The position numbers and the translations under genes were made by a program. The notes below the pieces were generated by a model that made no database searches, was not told the origin of the DNA, and worked only from the letters and a program-made list of their open reading frames with translations. A stretch of 64,000 bases of DNA from the human T2T-CHM13v2.0 reference genome, Homo sapiens: contig CP068257.2 of the NCBI GenBank assembly GCA_009914755.4, positions 32,256,001-32,320,000 of the forward strand, in the 5' to 3' direction. Positions within the stretch are counted from its first letter, which is position 1. Every line of letters begins with the position of its first letter. Positions 28,144-41,645 of the stretch are shown here, piece by piece.

Positions 28144-29149
28144 ACGTGGTGTCTCCGTTGGTTGTCACATTAGGTGATCATGTATTAAAAGCTTTGCCAG
28201 GAGGAAGCTGGAGTTGAAGCCAAGCATGAGTGTCAGGAGTGTTGTGCCACATGGAGGGCACGCCAGTCCCAGCACTAGCACATAGGGAGCAGCGCTGGGC
28301 CATGTCATTGCTCTGTAGGACTTCTTCGCTGCAATGGTCCTGCCTCTGCCCAACCAGGGGTGGTTCTGGGAAGGGAACTGGTTTGTTGGCCAAAAGTTCT
28401 TGGAGGTTGACTAAGGAACAGGCACCTGAGCGGGCTGTTGCGTGGGGAACTCTGTAACTATTTTCTCTAGAAGACCAAAAGGTAAAATGTAGTGGAAGAG
28501 CTGACCTGGGAACTGTTTTTGGTTAAAAGGTGAATTGGGAGCATCTTAGGGACAAAGCGGGAAGGGGCAGGGGACCTACCTAAGGTAACTTTTGCCCATT
28601 TGCTCCAGCAACGTGTCGGCGCATGGTGTTAGTTATACAATGGTAAAAACATGGGCTGTAGGGCCTGACACCAGCTGTCCAGACAGGTGACTCTGAGCAC
28701 ATCTCTAGGGCCCCTCAATCTCTTTCCTCATTTGTAAAGTGGGGTGATGTCTCTCCCACCCGTGTGACAAGGCTGTCATGCAGCTTCAGATGTACATGAA
28801 ATGGCCTTGAAAGCTACAGAGCAGCCTACAACTAGGTGTGTTCATGTTAGGATCAAGGGCAAGAGGCCTCCCTGGAGGGCTATGGATCAAACACAGATCC
28901 GATGATCTAGTAGGGACCAGGAACTCTGAACAAACCCTTAAAGACACGGGATTTTGGCAGGCAGGACCAGATAGACTTTGCTGAGTGACCATGTGTTAGG
29001 TGCTGTGTCTAACCAATTAATTCCTAAACATAATCTACTCAAACCAAATTCTCTAGGCCAAAAGGGCTTTTTGGCCTTTATACTCAGGGGATACCAAAAA
29101 AGGACATAAAAATAAAGCCTTCTACATTCCAGTTTAAAAGACAGTGAAC

Positions 29150-29229
29150 ATAATATGATCTGTTCTGGAAGCTTTTTATTGTTGCTCCAAGTTTAAGAAT
29201 TTTCACTGATGGCAGAAAACCAACACTTT
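29150..29229 (-). other. ATP5PO: ATP5PO 3'UTR (approximate)
   Basis: The sequence downstream of the TAA on the minus strand contains AATAAA (rc at 29175-29180), about 50 nt after the stop. The cleavage site is estimated about 20 nt further. Confidence 0.55.
29175..29180 (-). terminator. ATP5PO: ATP5PO polyadenylation signal AATAAA (minus strand)
   Basis: + strand tttatt at gctttttattgttgctcc. In mRNA sense this reads GGAGCAACAATAAAAAGC. Confidence 0.6.
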
Positions 29230-29343
29230 TAGACAATCTCCCGCATAGCCCTGCCCAGCTTCTGAATCTTGGTCTTGACAGACATGTCAACATATTTCTC
29301 GCCAATGCGCACAATCATTCCACCCAAGATTGACGGATCAGTC
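29230..29343 (-). CDS. ATP5PO: ATP5PO exon 7 coding part: [37 protein letters not shown] (stop TAA = 29232..29230)
   Basis: Reverse complement ttttgtag|ACTGATCCGTCAATCTTGGG...GAGATTGTCTAA. 114 nt including the stop. The total CDS is 642 nt, 213 aa. Confidence 0.9.
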
Positions 29344-29637
29344 TACAAAAGAAATAAGACTGGAAATGTGAAAACGCGCTAATCAAATGGGACACACAAA
29401 AAAGTGTTTTGAAAGGCTAAATGTGTTGCACAAATGTAAGAGGTTATAATTACACCTAGAAAAAGGCAAAAGTAAAACTGCACAGTCAGATAATCATTTA
29501 AATTTAAAATAAATACAAAATTTTAACTACAGAAAAATTAGTATAGAGTTAGATCTAATATTTCACTAGTACTTTCTGTAGCCATTTTAAGCTTAAAATA
29601 ACCCGAGGAAACGTACCATAAATAATTTAAAACCTAC

Positions 29638-29724
29638 CTTAGCCTCCAATTTCAATACTTGGCCTTGACTTAGGAAGCTCTTGAGGACAGTTTTTAATTC
29701 AGAGAGTGTGGCTTCTTCTAAAGG
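29638..29724 (-). CDS. ATP5PO: ATP5PO exon 6: PLEEATLSELKTVLKSFLSQGQVLKLEAK
   Basis: Reverse complement gtttcag|CCTTTAGAAGAAGCC...GGAGGCTAAG|gtaggtt. 87 nt. Confidence 0.9.
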
Positions 29725-30454
29725 CTGAAAGGCAAAACCATCCTTTCAATTTAGATAAAGCAAAACAGAAACTTCCAGAGTTAAAATACCCCAGGCCCAC
29801 ATCACCAAGACAGGCCTTGTGAGCTCCTCCCTTTGCTACCTGGGCCCATCATGGAGCTGCTCTGCAGCATTCACTCCTTGTTCACGCTGGAGGTTCAGGG
29901 AGCACAGGAAGGCCCTGCCTCACAGCATCACCCGGGCAGCTCCCACTCAGCCGTTCAAGGACGGCCTGTAAATGCCACTCCCTCCCTGCCTCTGCTCTGT
30001 GTGCTAGCAGTACAACTTGGAACTAACAAGGAAAGGCCTTCAAGTTTCTAATGCCTGAAGATGCAGCCCCATCAATGCAGGAGGACACAGGCCTCTCCTG
30101 GGTGCAGCCCTGGGGACACGACATGCATCTATCATGTCCTTGGCTGAAAAGTTGCCATTTTAACCTGGTTTTACATCTTCATGTTTGCCTAGCTCTGCTG
30201 GCTGTTCATCTCCCCGCATCCACAGCTACCTGGAGCTCTGGCAGGCCACTCCACTCTCTGAACCCCAGTGAGAGAACCTGGAGCAGTTGGCTTTTCCTGA
30301 AGTCAGCTCAGCTCCATAACCTACTTTAGAGCAAGCACCTCAAATGTCCAGACTGCACTCTCCTCTCGGCCCCAACTCTTACTCCTGGTTAGTTATGTTA
30401 TAGTGTTAAGTGTTCTAATGGTGAAAATGAAGAAGGCTGTTAAACCAAAGGCCT

Positions 30455-30768
<314 letters not shown>

Positions 30769-31333
30769 TAAATCCTACCTCCCTGGCCCCTCCTCTAAGA
30801 GCCTAAAAAAATTTGGCAAAAAAATTTATGTCTTTGTAAAGATATAACAATATCCTTTTTTTGGGGGTGGGGGGTGCTGGTGGTGGCCAGAATCTATTCG
30901 TGTTCAAAACATGATTTACTGAGACTAAAAGGTTACAGAATTCTGAAATATACATACCCTCCACTGAGACATGTACCAACTGCCAGGTACCTGTCTATGC
31001 CAGGCACATTTCATGCCTACTATCTCCCTTCATGTGGGCAACCCTGAAAGGCCACCGGTCATTATGCCCATTTTACATATGAGGGAACGGAGGCTCAGGG
31101 TGGGTAAGAAACTCACCTAAGGCCACATCAGCAGGTGAGGACCAGCCCCAATATTTGAAACCAGTCTGTGTATTTCTAAAGCCTGTGCTCTTAGTCACTC
31201 ATCAAGACATAACGTTTTTCAAACAGTACAGACTCACGCACCCAACAGTATCAACATCAAAAGCATTAGTAACAGTTGGTTCTAAAATCTTTTGCAAAAA
31301 CAAGCATCCTTTAAAAGAAAATCATGGCCTTGT

Positions 31334-31670
<337 letters not shown>

Positions 31671-32420
31671 TCACTGAAGAATGGCCTGCACCAGTGCTTC
31701 ATGATGGGTGACCGTGGGGCAGGTGAATGTCTAATCTGTGCCACACTGTTAGGGATAACTGATGCAGCCACAGAGGGCTCCCTGCCTATGTCTGAGCTGT
31801 AATGATTTGCAGCCAGGCACATGTTTTGGGGGCACCAACTACTGAACTACAAACGTGCAAGTAAGTATGATGTGCTAGGATGCCTCTCCTTGAATCTGTG
31901 CTAACTAGAAGGTTAGACTGTCCTTTAAATGCTACATCTATTAATCTAGATGAGGTCAGGTGCTACGAATTCCAAGTCAATCTACCACACTCCCCTGTTT
32001 TCCTGTAGGGTAAGCTACACTACATTTGACTGAGTTACATAGGGAAGAAAATACATATTGAAGACAACAACAAAATTAATTCTAGGGAGGCAATGTAGTG
32101 TAGTCTAAGGAAAATGGACTTCTAAGAGGCCTTGAGGCCTGTGTTCAAATTCTAGTCCCACCTCGTATGACTTTGGGCAAGCGACTTCATCTCCCTGCAT
32201 TCGGTTTCCTCATCTGTAAAATGAGGTTAATTATACTTCTATCTCACATGAATCTTTTGATACTGAATAACATAATAAAGCACCCAGCATATAGTAGGGT
32301 TCAATAAACGGTAGCCAATTATAGCCCACTCTATCAAGTCAAAAAGATACAAAGGCCCAACGGCTCTACTCCTTCCCACTCACCACCACCAAAGATGAAA
32401 GGTTAGTAACTCTAGTTTCA

Positions 32421-32712
32421 GGCCAGGTGTGGTAGCTTACACCTTTATTCCCAGCACTTTAGGAGGCCAAGGCAGGTGGGTCACTTGAGCCCAGAAGTTC
32501 GAGACAAGCCTGGAGAACACAGTAAAACCTCCATCACTATAAAAAACACACAAAAATTAGCCGGGTGTGGTGGGGGTGCACTGTAATCCCAGCTACTCAG
32601 GAAGCTGAGGCAGGAGGATCACCTGAGCCCAGGAGGTTGAGGCTACAGAGGTGTGACTGTGTCACTGCACTCTAGCCTGGGTGACAAAGTGAGACTCTGT
32701 CTCAAAAAAATA
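32421..32712 (+). mobile_element. Alu SINE (sense)
   Basis: GGCCAGGTGTGGTAGCTTACACCTTTATTCCCAGCACTTTAGGAGGCCAAGGCAGGTGGGTCACTTGAGCCC... Confidence 0.85.
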
Positions 32713-33055
32713 AACTCTAGAATTCTAGTTTCAGGAAACTACTTCAAGTGGTATTCATAAAATAATTCAAACGTATAATAGAGTCTAAACCACTCTTTTC
32801 CAACACATTTTGATGTACTTTACATTTAACCCAGGCCTTATGAATAATCACTGGTTACAGAAGCACTAATAAGATACACGCTGGCTTTTCCAAAGCAAAG
32901 GGTCACAGAAGCTGATATAAAAATGAAACAAACATCCCAGGTGACAAGTTACCTTTCCCAATTTCTTGATTTTACCCTGTTTTTCCCTTTTCTTCCTGCA
33001 AAAGGTGACACATGTAATATCAAGGCAAACACAGCAGCAACAACCCGTTACTTAC

Positions 33056-33168
33056 AGATGCAGAGGTCACTGTGCAAGGTACCTCTCCGCGATGGACACT
33101 CATCATGGTAGAAAAGGCAGAAACGACTCCTTGGGTATTGCTTAATCGACCATTTTCAGCAAGCAAAT
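33056..33168 (-). CDS. ATP5PO: ATP5PO exon 5: (N)[37 protein letters not shown]
   Basis: Reverse complement ctctggcag|ATTTGCTTGCTGAAAATGG...ACCTCTGCATCT|gtaagt. 113 nt, and the phase closes the split Asn codon. Confidence 0.9.
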
Positions 33169-33283
33169 CTGCCAGAGTGAAGGTGTCTCAGTAACAAGAA
33201 ACTCACCTGAACAAGTTATTCATGAAGTTGTATACTCAACCCAAAAAACAAACTTAGATTTGTGGCCTTAAAACACCATATAC

Positions 33284-33545
33284 AGGGGCGCATGCCTATA
33301 ATCCCAACTACTGGAGGCTGAGGTGCAAAGATTGCTTGGGGCCATGAGTTCAAGACCAGCCAAAATAGTGAGATCCCATCTCTACAAAAAAACGTTAGGG
33401 CTTGGTGGTGCATGTCTATAGTCCCAGCTACTCAGGAGGCTGAGGCAGGAAGATTGCTTGAGCCTAGGAGTTTAAGGCTGCAGTGTGCTATGACTGTCCT
33501 ACTGCACCCCAGCCTGGGCGACAGAGCAAGATCTTGTCTCTTAAA
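33284..33545 (+). mobile_element. Alu SINE (sense, 5'-truncated)
   Basis: ...GCATGCCTATAATCCCAACTACTGGAGGCTGAGG...GCCTGGGCGACAGAGCAAGATCTTGTCTC. Confidence 0.8.
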
Positions 33546-33583
33546 ATCACAGTATATTCAATGTTCTTTAACAATGTGAATGG

Positions 33584-33902
33584 AGGCCAAGTGCAGTGGC
33601 TCATGCCTGTAATCCCAGCACTTTGGGTGGCCGAGATGGGCAGAGAGCTTGCGTCCAGGAGTAACATGGGTGAAACCCTGGGTAACATGGTGAAACCCTG
33701 CCTCACAAAAAAAAAACTAAAAAATTAGCTGGGCACTCAAAAATTAGTGGCGCATGCGCGCAGTTCCAGCTACTCAGGAGGCTGAGGCAGAAGGATCACT
33801 TAAGCCCAGGAGGCAGAGGTTGCAGTGAGCTGAGACTGTGCCACTGCACTCCAGCTTGGGTGACAGAAAGGGACACCCAGGCTCAAAAAAAAAAAAAAAA
33901 AA
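33584..33902 (+). mobile_element. Alu SINE (sense)
   Basis: GGCCAAGTGCAGTGGCTCATGCCTGTAATCCCAGCACTTTGGGTGGCCGAGATGGGCAG...CAGGCTCAAAAAAAAAAAAAAAAAAG. Confidence 0.85.
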
Positions 33903-34138
33903 GAATGGAGAAGATACAACTTGTTATTTAAAACGCATATCCAATTTTTTTTTTTTAAAATAGACTGCACTGACAAGGATTTAAATTAGTAGGTATGGGG
34001 GGTTCTCAGCTTGCAATCTGATTTTCATATTTATGTTGCAGATTGTATGTTTGGCTACAAATTCAAAGATGATATCATGAACACACTTTCTCTGCAACTT
34101 TTATTTTGAGCTGGCTATGAGGATCTGAAAAGCAATCC

Positions 34139-34515
<377 letters not shown>

Positions 34516-34793
34516 TCACATTGGCCGCCTCCACAGTTGAAACTACTGACTATACAATTAGACATGCTTAGGTCCTAGTATCCTTTAGACAATGCTCCTC
34601 ACACTTCAATGTGCAAACGATTCACTTAGGGAGCTGGTTAAGATACAGACTCTGATTCAGCAGGTTGCTGTGAGGCCTGAGATTCTTCACTGCCAACAGG
34701 CTCCCAGGTGATGCTGATGCCGCCCACAGTCCATGGACCACATTTCCAGTCATAGTTTCAAGACACCTCAAATGAAAAAGTTCTAATACTCAC

Positions 34794-34923
34794 TGATCAG
34801 GTTGGTAGTGAGGGGAGAGAACCTCTCTTTTGCTGTGATGTCATTTAGGCTTTTCACTTTAATGGAACGCTTCACATAGGGATTCAAAACAGAAGCAGCC
34901 ACTTTGGGTTCCTTCAGGATTTG
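34794..34923 (-). CDS. ATP5PO: ATP5PO exon 4: [43 protein letters not shown] + first nt of Asn codon
   Basis: Reverse complement gctttcag|CAAATCCTGAAGG...ACCAACCTGATCA|gtgagt. 130 nt. Confidence 0.9.
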
Positions 34924-34989
34924 CTGAAAGCATCAAAAAATAATTTCTTAAATTTTTTAGAGCACAAATGAAGGATGTGCCATGCACAC

Positions 34990-35275
34990 ACTTTCTTTCT
35001 TTCTTTTTTGGAGACAACGTCTTGCTCCGTCGCTCAGGCTGGAGTGCAGTGGCGCAATCTTGGCTCACACAACCTCCACATCCCGGGTTCAAGCGATTAT
35101 CCTGCCTCAGCCTCCCGAATAGCTGCACCACCATGTCCCGCTAATTTTTTATTTTTAGTAGAAACGGGGTTTCGCCATGTTGACCAGGCTGGTCTTAAAC
35201 TCCTGACCTCGAGTGATCCACCCACCTCGGCCTCCCAAAGTGCTGCGATTACAGGCATGAGCCACTGTGCCCGGC
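34990..35275 (-). mobile_element. Alu SINE (antisense) in ATP5PO intron 3
   Basis: ...GAGACAACGTCTTGCTCCGTCGCTCAGGCTGGAGTGCAGTGGCGCAATC...GGCATGAGCCACTGTGCCCGGCC. Confidence 0.85.
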
Positions 35276-37373
35276 CATACAAACACTTTCTTATGAATTA
35301 AATATTTTATGAATTAAATTAGCACTGCCGAAGAACATATGAAAAAAAGATTATAATCAAACAATTTTCTGACTGCCTTTCAGAATACACTGTGCACTGC
35401 ACCAGGATTTTATATAGAATGATGTTCCTCAAAAAAATTTAAAAATACTGTACGAACTTTCTTAAATTTGTTTTTGCTTTTCAAGAAAGATTATAAAACA
35501 CTAAACAGCCAAACCTTCATTAGACTGCATACTTTAATATATTTAAGAGAGGAGTCGTCTGGTTTTCTAGCAGTGCTATTTCTAGAGTGCAGACCTCACA
35601 ACTGTGCTCTGACCACAGAGGCCTCCGCACCGCTCCCTTGGAGGGGCCCTGCCTCTTACAGAGTCCAGGGAACCCAGCAGATTCTGTGAGGCCTCTGGTG
35701 CTGCCAGAGCGGCCCCAAAGAGTCTGGGAGACAGAGTGGACAATAAAACAGGAGCACAACCATCATGGGAAACAACGTTCTTCTCATTTTGTTGTATCAC
35801 AGTGTCTGAATTCAGTGACCAAGTGCAGCTTCCAGCATGTTGCTCCAGAGTTCCAACAAACGAACAGCAGTTTCCAGTTGAGCACCTTCAGTTAACACAC
35901 CTCTCTATGCTTTTCAATTACGCTCCTAGCACCTCCTCCCAGGCTCCTGGCCAGAATCCTGCCTCTGATCCAGGATACTGGTCAGATACTATCATCCAAT
36001 GCTAACATTTCCACTTGAGTGACCCCACAGAAATGACATTTTTCCATAAAAAATGCAGGAATATACAGATTTAAAGCATTCTGGAATTTGGGTTACCTAG
36101 TTTTTCATGTTTATCTGTGTCTCCTGCATCATCCAGAGGACAGTGCGTATCCTTGTATCATCCTTCCCTCTTAGTGCCAAAACCCTGCTAATATTCAGTG
36201 TCTTAAGGTAATTGCCTCCCTTTTTCTCCATGTCTCGACTGACTGCCAGGCTTTAGACAAACTCTATTCTAATATCCACAATCCAAGTAATTCTCTCCAT
36301 TGTAAACATGATTGTTTCCGTTTAAAATGGGCATAACTGACAAGTAGCAGACAATAACCATCACCTCCAAAAATGCCTGTGTGAGACCCCGTCTGTTCCT
36401 GCATGCCCTTCCCCCAAATGTCTCCAACAACAGGGCTGGGCTCCTGGGCTCTGAGAGAATCATAAGAGTTTATCACACCAGCTAAGACCTTAAGCATTAT
36501 CTGCAGAGATAAATGGATCAAGGAAGGAATATGGAGCTAAAATTATTCTGCCTGTTAAGACGGAAGTTCCAATAGAAGCTCAAGTGAAAAATGAATAAAA
36601 CATAAACAGTACAGAACAGTAATACTTATAGACTATACATACGATGATTAATATAGAACGTAAGTATTATTACTCTATACAACTGGCCTATGAATTGTTT
36701 TTTCTAAACAATAAAAACTTGCAGATATGTGAATTAAAGAATGAAGAATCTTAAAATGAAGAAAAAACCAAACTTCCTCTGAAGAGGCTATATACCAGAC
36801 TGCGTCTCCCTCACCTTTTTTAATGCAGACCTTACTGCCAGTGGTGGCGCTAGAAAATCGAAGGAAGCAACAGAATGTGTAGAAACTTGTTAACTAGAAA
36901 ATTCGGTGAAAACGAAAGCAGACATTCTCCTATTCAGTTACAATGTAGGCTTCTGGTAATATGGTTTATTTATTCTGCTTTTCATGTTTAAAAAAAAAAG
37001 TAAAAAACATCTTGCAGCAGCCTCACAGTCTTTGCCTGTCAGTCCTCTACTACTACTGGGAAGCCCATGCCCCTTTACTAACTCTGCTGCCCAGCGCGCC
37101 CCACCCTGTTATTCTTCCCTCACATTTTGGGAACAAAATAATTAAGAGGTTTACCAAAACAATGAAAAGGTCTACATGGTTACTTCTGGGGTTCTGGCAA
37201 TTGCAAAGGCATCTCTACCAAATGAAAACAACCTGTAAGACATATCTGAGCCTCCTCTGATTCTACAAGCATAGAATATGGCAATTAAAACCTGAGGAAA
37301 AGGTTTCATGAAAACAAATTCTCAGTAAAACCAAATCACAATATATTCTAAACACCTAGCCCATAAGCATAGG

Positions 37374-37670
<297 letters not shown>

Positions 37671-37999
37671 GTTATAAGCATAGATTTTTAAAGGTAGCTT
37701 TTAAATTCTCTTCTGAAATAGCAATTTTCCTAAATTACCATCCATTTTAATCTTATATTTCTACCTTTTCTTAGCCCCTAATCTTGGTTCCTAATATTAA
37801 TATCCTTATATGTATCTGTTTGTTCTTTTTATATGTCTTATAATAAAAACCCAATATTATTACTAAAAATGTGTTTACAGACAATGGCTTTTTCCCAGTT
37901 TTTTCTTGCAGGATACACCTCATTAGGAATGCACAAACAACCAAAGGAAAAAATATACAAACAGGAACTTCATATGTAATGAATAGGAAAGCTACTTAC

Positions 38000-38110
38000 T
38001 GCTACTCTCAACAACTCCTTTTCTACTTGCTCCAGCTTATTCTGTTTTGATGCAGCAGAATAAAGAGCTGTGGCATAGCGACCTTCAATACCGTATACCT
38101 GAACAGGAGG
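38000..38110 (-). CDS. ATP5PO: ATP5PO exon 3: [37 protein letters not shown]
   Basis: Reverse complement ttttttttaaag|CCTCCTGTTCAGGTATACGG...GAGAGTAGCA|gtaagt. 111 nt. Confidence 0.88.
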
Positions 38111-39476
38111 CTTTAAAAAAAAGGTGAAATAGGAGAGGAAGGAAAAAGGAAAATCAGTTAATAGTATACTCTCAAGAGCAGAATTTAAAATTTATATTTT
38201 AAAAAATGTATCTCTTTAACACAAAACAGTTTAAATATGTCATTCAAGAGCTGTCCTAAATGGCAATTTGCAAATAAATTAGCGATGTTTCCTTGGTCAG
38301 GTCACTCAATCTTTGAGCCTCCAATTCCTCATCTGTAAAATGAGGGGCTTAGTAGGCATTGTCTAAAGTCCCTTCCAGGTTTACATACCTTTATCAATTA
38401 CTTGTACTTTAATTTTGAGATAAGCTTATGTTTCCTTTGAACTCAGTAACTATTTAGTTTCAAGTATGGGAGGTTGTGAACACTGATAGACAGTTTCGAG
38501 TATGTTAGAGCTAGGAAAACAGGTGTTTATGAAACACACAAGTATACTTTTATACATTTCATACTAACACTACACATTTTCCCTTACATAGCCTCCCTAT
38601 CGATGTTCAGTGTAACAGAGCCCTTTGGCAGTTTACAAAAAAACCTGATGCTTGAATTATTTTTCACAATAAACTATAGACTTTTTTTCTACCATCAATG
38701 TATGACTACATGTTCTTAGTGGTGCTGTATGGTTGTAGTGGGAAAGCTCAGGCTTGGATGAGAAAGATTTAGTTCCAGTCCAGCTCTAGGACTAAGCTGA
38801 GTAACCTCAGGTAAATTTTCCCAGGGCCTCAGTTTCCCCTTTTGTAAAATGGGAAGACCAGTTACTCCTTAACACTGTTATGAAGTTTTAAGGTCTCACA
38901 TGAAGGATGAAATGATTTTGATCATTTGATTTGAGATTTAGGGCTGGTAATGAGGACGGGACAGGATAATTATCTTCCTAAATTCCACCTGACGTGGGCT
39001 CATTAAGGACACAGACCTGGTATGATCATCTTTCCTTTACACGATTTTTCCAAGGGGCGGACTGGCTCACTGTTGATTTGGTGGGGAAAAGCGTGGGTAG
39101 TATAGTCTGCCCAGCACATCTTAGAAAAGTTCCTGCTCCTTGACAGTTGAACCAATTCTCTATCACACAGGAACTTTCTTTAATCAAATAAAGAATTTCA
39201 AAATAACCCATAGAAATGGAATCAGACTTCATGTTCCAACAGGGTTGTTTCCAGCTGTTAGCCATGTATCATTTCAGGGGGCCTTCTGGGGAACTTCATT
39301 TATTATGTGTCACTAATAGTCCTCTTTATCCGGGGTCAACTGGATTACTTCTGGTTTGAAAAGAAAGGGACTGGCAACTCCCTGAAATAGTGAGCCTCCT
39401 TGGTGCCTACTGGAAAGAAAGGGTGTGAAGAGTATGAATATTTCTCACCAGAATGGAACATGGAGAACTGCATTAG

Positions 39477-39789
<313 letters not shown>

Positions 39790-40161
39790 GGTACCTTGAT
39801 TTTAATATCGTCTCCTGTAATAACTTCCTGTGATAACTTGGGCATGTCACTTTGTTAAACCTGTTTCTTTCATTAAAAAAAAAAAAGTAAGTAAATGCTA
39901 GCTTGCCTATTTTAGAGGGTTAATGGAAAAACAAATGATTAAAAAGTTTTCATATTTAAAGATTATGCATGGGCCTGTCAAAAAGCAAATACTCAACACC
40001 ATTCCTTTCCCCACCCTATGCACACAGCACATTTTGGGAACCACAAGTCACGCAAAAAGGTTTAGATAGTAACTACACAAAAATCCACGCCCTGACTGTA
40101 CTGCTGTTTGACTCACACTTTCGCGTACTTTATCATTACAGAAGAATATAAATTAACATAC

Positions 40162-40212
40162 CCTCACAAGCTTGGCAAATGGTCTGACCACAGAGGTACT
40201 GAAGCATCGCAC
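40162..40212 (-). CDS. ATP5PO: ATP5PO exon 2: VRCFSTSVVRPFAKLVR
   Basis: Reverse complement ttgaag|GTGCGATGCTTCAGTACCTCTGTGGTCAGACCATTTGCCAAGCTTGTGAGG|gtatgt. 51 nt. It uses an AAG acceptor. Confidence 0.88.
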
Positions 40213-41439
40213 CTTCAAAGCAATAAAGGAAAATAGATCAAACAAAATTACTTGAAGGATTTCTGCATTTAACTCAATAACAACAAAAAATTTTAAATAA
40301 CCTTAAAATCATTACTTTTGTCTCTTTGTATATTCACATATTACATGAGGGTGAGCTACTTACTATTACTAAGGGGTAAACTTACCCAATGAGGATTATG
40401 CCAAGTTGCTTGGGAAATCACCTTCCCACGAACCTCCTAGTTTGCTAGGAATGGACCGAGGCTAGCATACCCGTAAGACAGAAAAACACTAACTTCCAAG
40501 GAGTGCATGTTTCAAAAATATTTAACCAAAATTTTGGCGTTTCTATTAACAGACCCTTGAGCAGATCATTTGCAACAGACGTACCCTCCTCGGAATGCAA
40601 ATGCTATCTGAAAATAAAGATGAATTTTTTGAGTACTGCCGCAGAGTTTGATCTGACAAGAAGCCTTAGTTCTGAGAGACACTATCCTGCCCATCAAAAG
40701 ACAGAGCTGGAATACACAGTTTAAAAATCACCTGCAAGCGCACAGGTCACAGATCACAGGTCACCTTCAAATACTCCAGCTATGGAACGTGTTTTATCAA
40801 AACTGCTTGTGAGGATTAAGACTTTTTAATGCTTATGAAAAAATTACCTAAGATGCCAGGAAGGGGTCATGATATGTAAAGCACCATGGTGAGATGCAGC
40901 ACAAACAGCATAACATTTTTTCAAACTCGATCTTCTGGGTGATTCCGTGGGTTCAAATCTCAATTCTACCACTTACTGACTGAGCAGCCAAAGACTCATT
41001 TAAACTTTTCGGCCTCATTTTATTTATAAAACTGTGAAATGTGTTTTACAAATATTCCTTAGCATTACTAGTAAGTGATCTCTGACAGGTTTTACCACAA
41101 TGGCAAAGGAAGCTGATTTGGGGGCTAGTCCATGCCCCTTCCCCGGAATTCAGCGAAGGGCAGACCCCCTCTCCTGCGCCCCTCAGGCTAGCAGCTTCCA
41201 GGGGCTGTGCTCGGAAGACGCCAAGGTTACGGCACGCGCAGCCCCGCGCCTACTGCCCCGTAGGCATCCCGGGGGACAAACGCTGGGTCGTCCTGAGTCG
41301 CTCCCACTCGCCAGGTCCCATAACCTTGAAGACTGCCAGACTTCCCCAGCCGAAGCATCGCACCCTGGTGCTCGAGGTTTGGTACCGGTCATCCCAGGAG
41401 GGATCCTCCCACTGGCTCTCAGGACCACCTTTCTCTCAC

Positions 41440-41475
41440 CTGCCGGGAGAGCCCGGACACTGCTGGGGCAGCCAT
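41440..41475 (-). CDS. ATP5PO: ATP5PO (ATP synthase peripheral stalk subunit OSCP) exon 1 coding part: MAAPAVSGLSRQ
   Basis: The reverse complement reads ATGGCTGCCCCAGCAGTGTCCGGGCTCTCCCGGCAG|gtgaga. ATG is at 41475..41473 inside a CpG island. Confidence 0.9.
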
Positions 41476-41529
41476 CTTCTCCCGGGCGGCTGTAGGTCAA
41501 ACCCGAGTGGGAAGAGAGAAACGCGCAAG

Positions 41530-41541
41530 GGCGCACGCGCG
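41530..41541. promoter_or_regulatory. NRF-1-like palindromic site GGCGCACGCGCG about 60 bp upstream of the ATP5PO ATG
   Basis: It matches the NRF-1 consensus YGCGCAYGCGCR in 11 of 12 positions. NRF-1 sites are typical of nuclear-encoded OXPHOS gene promoters (established knowledge). Binding is not shown here. Confidence 0.4.
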
Positions 41542-41589
41542 CGTTGGCGTAACCGCTAGGTTCTCTGGGAAGTGTAGGCGTAGGGCGTC

Positions 41590-41645
41590 AGGCCGCAGGC
41601 GCAGAGACCTCCCTCGGGCTGGGAGTTGTAGTTCTTAGCAGTGGT
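41590..41645 (+). ncRNA. Possible first exon / 5' splice donor of a divergent (head-to-head) transcript from the ATP5PO promoter, probably lncRNA
   Basis: A strong donor, CAGTG|gtaaggg, has its gt at 41644-41645 on the + strand, inside the CpG island. No ORF follows. The exon start and downstream exons were not identified. Confidence 0.3.
41617..41634 (-). promoter_or_regulatory. ACTACAACTCCCAGC motif (ZNF143/SBS-like ACTACAA-TCCCAG element)
   Basis: The minus-strand reading is gaACTACAACTCCCAGCccgag. A second ...CACTTCCCAGAG follows about 35 bp downstream. The motif class is common at bidirectional promoters. Confidence 0.3.
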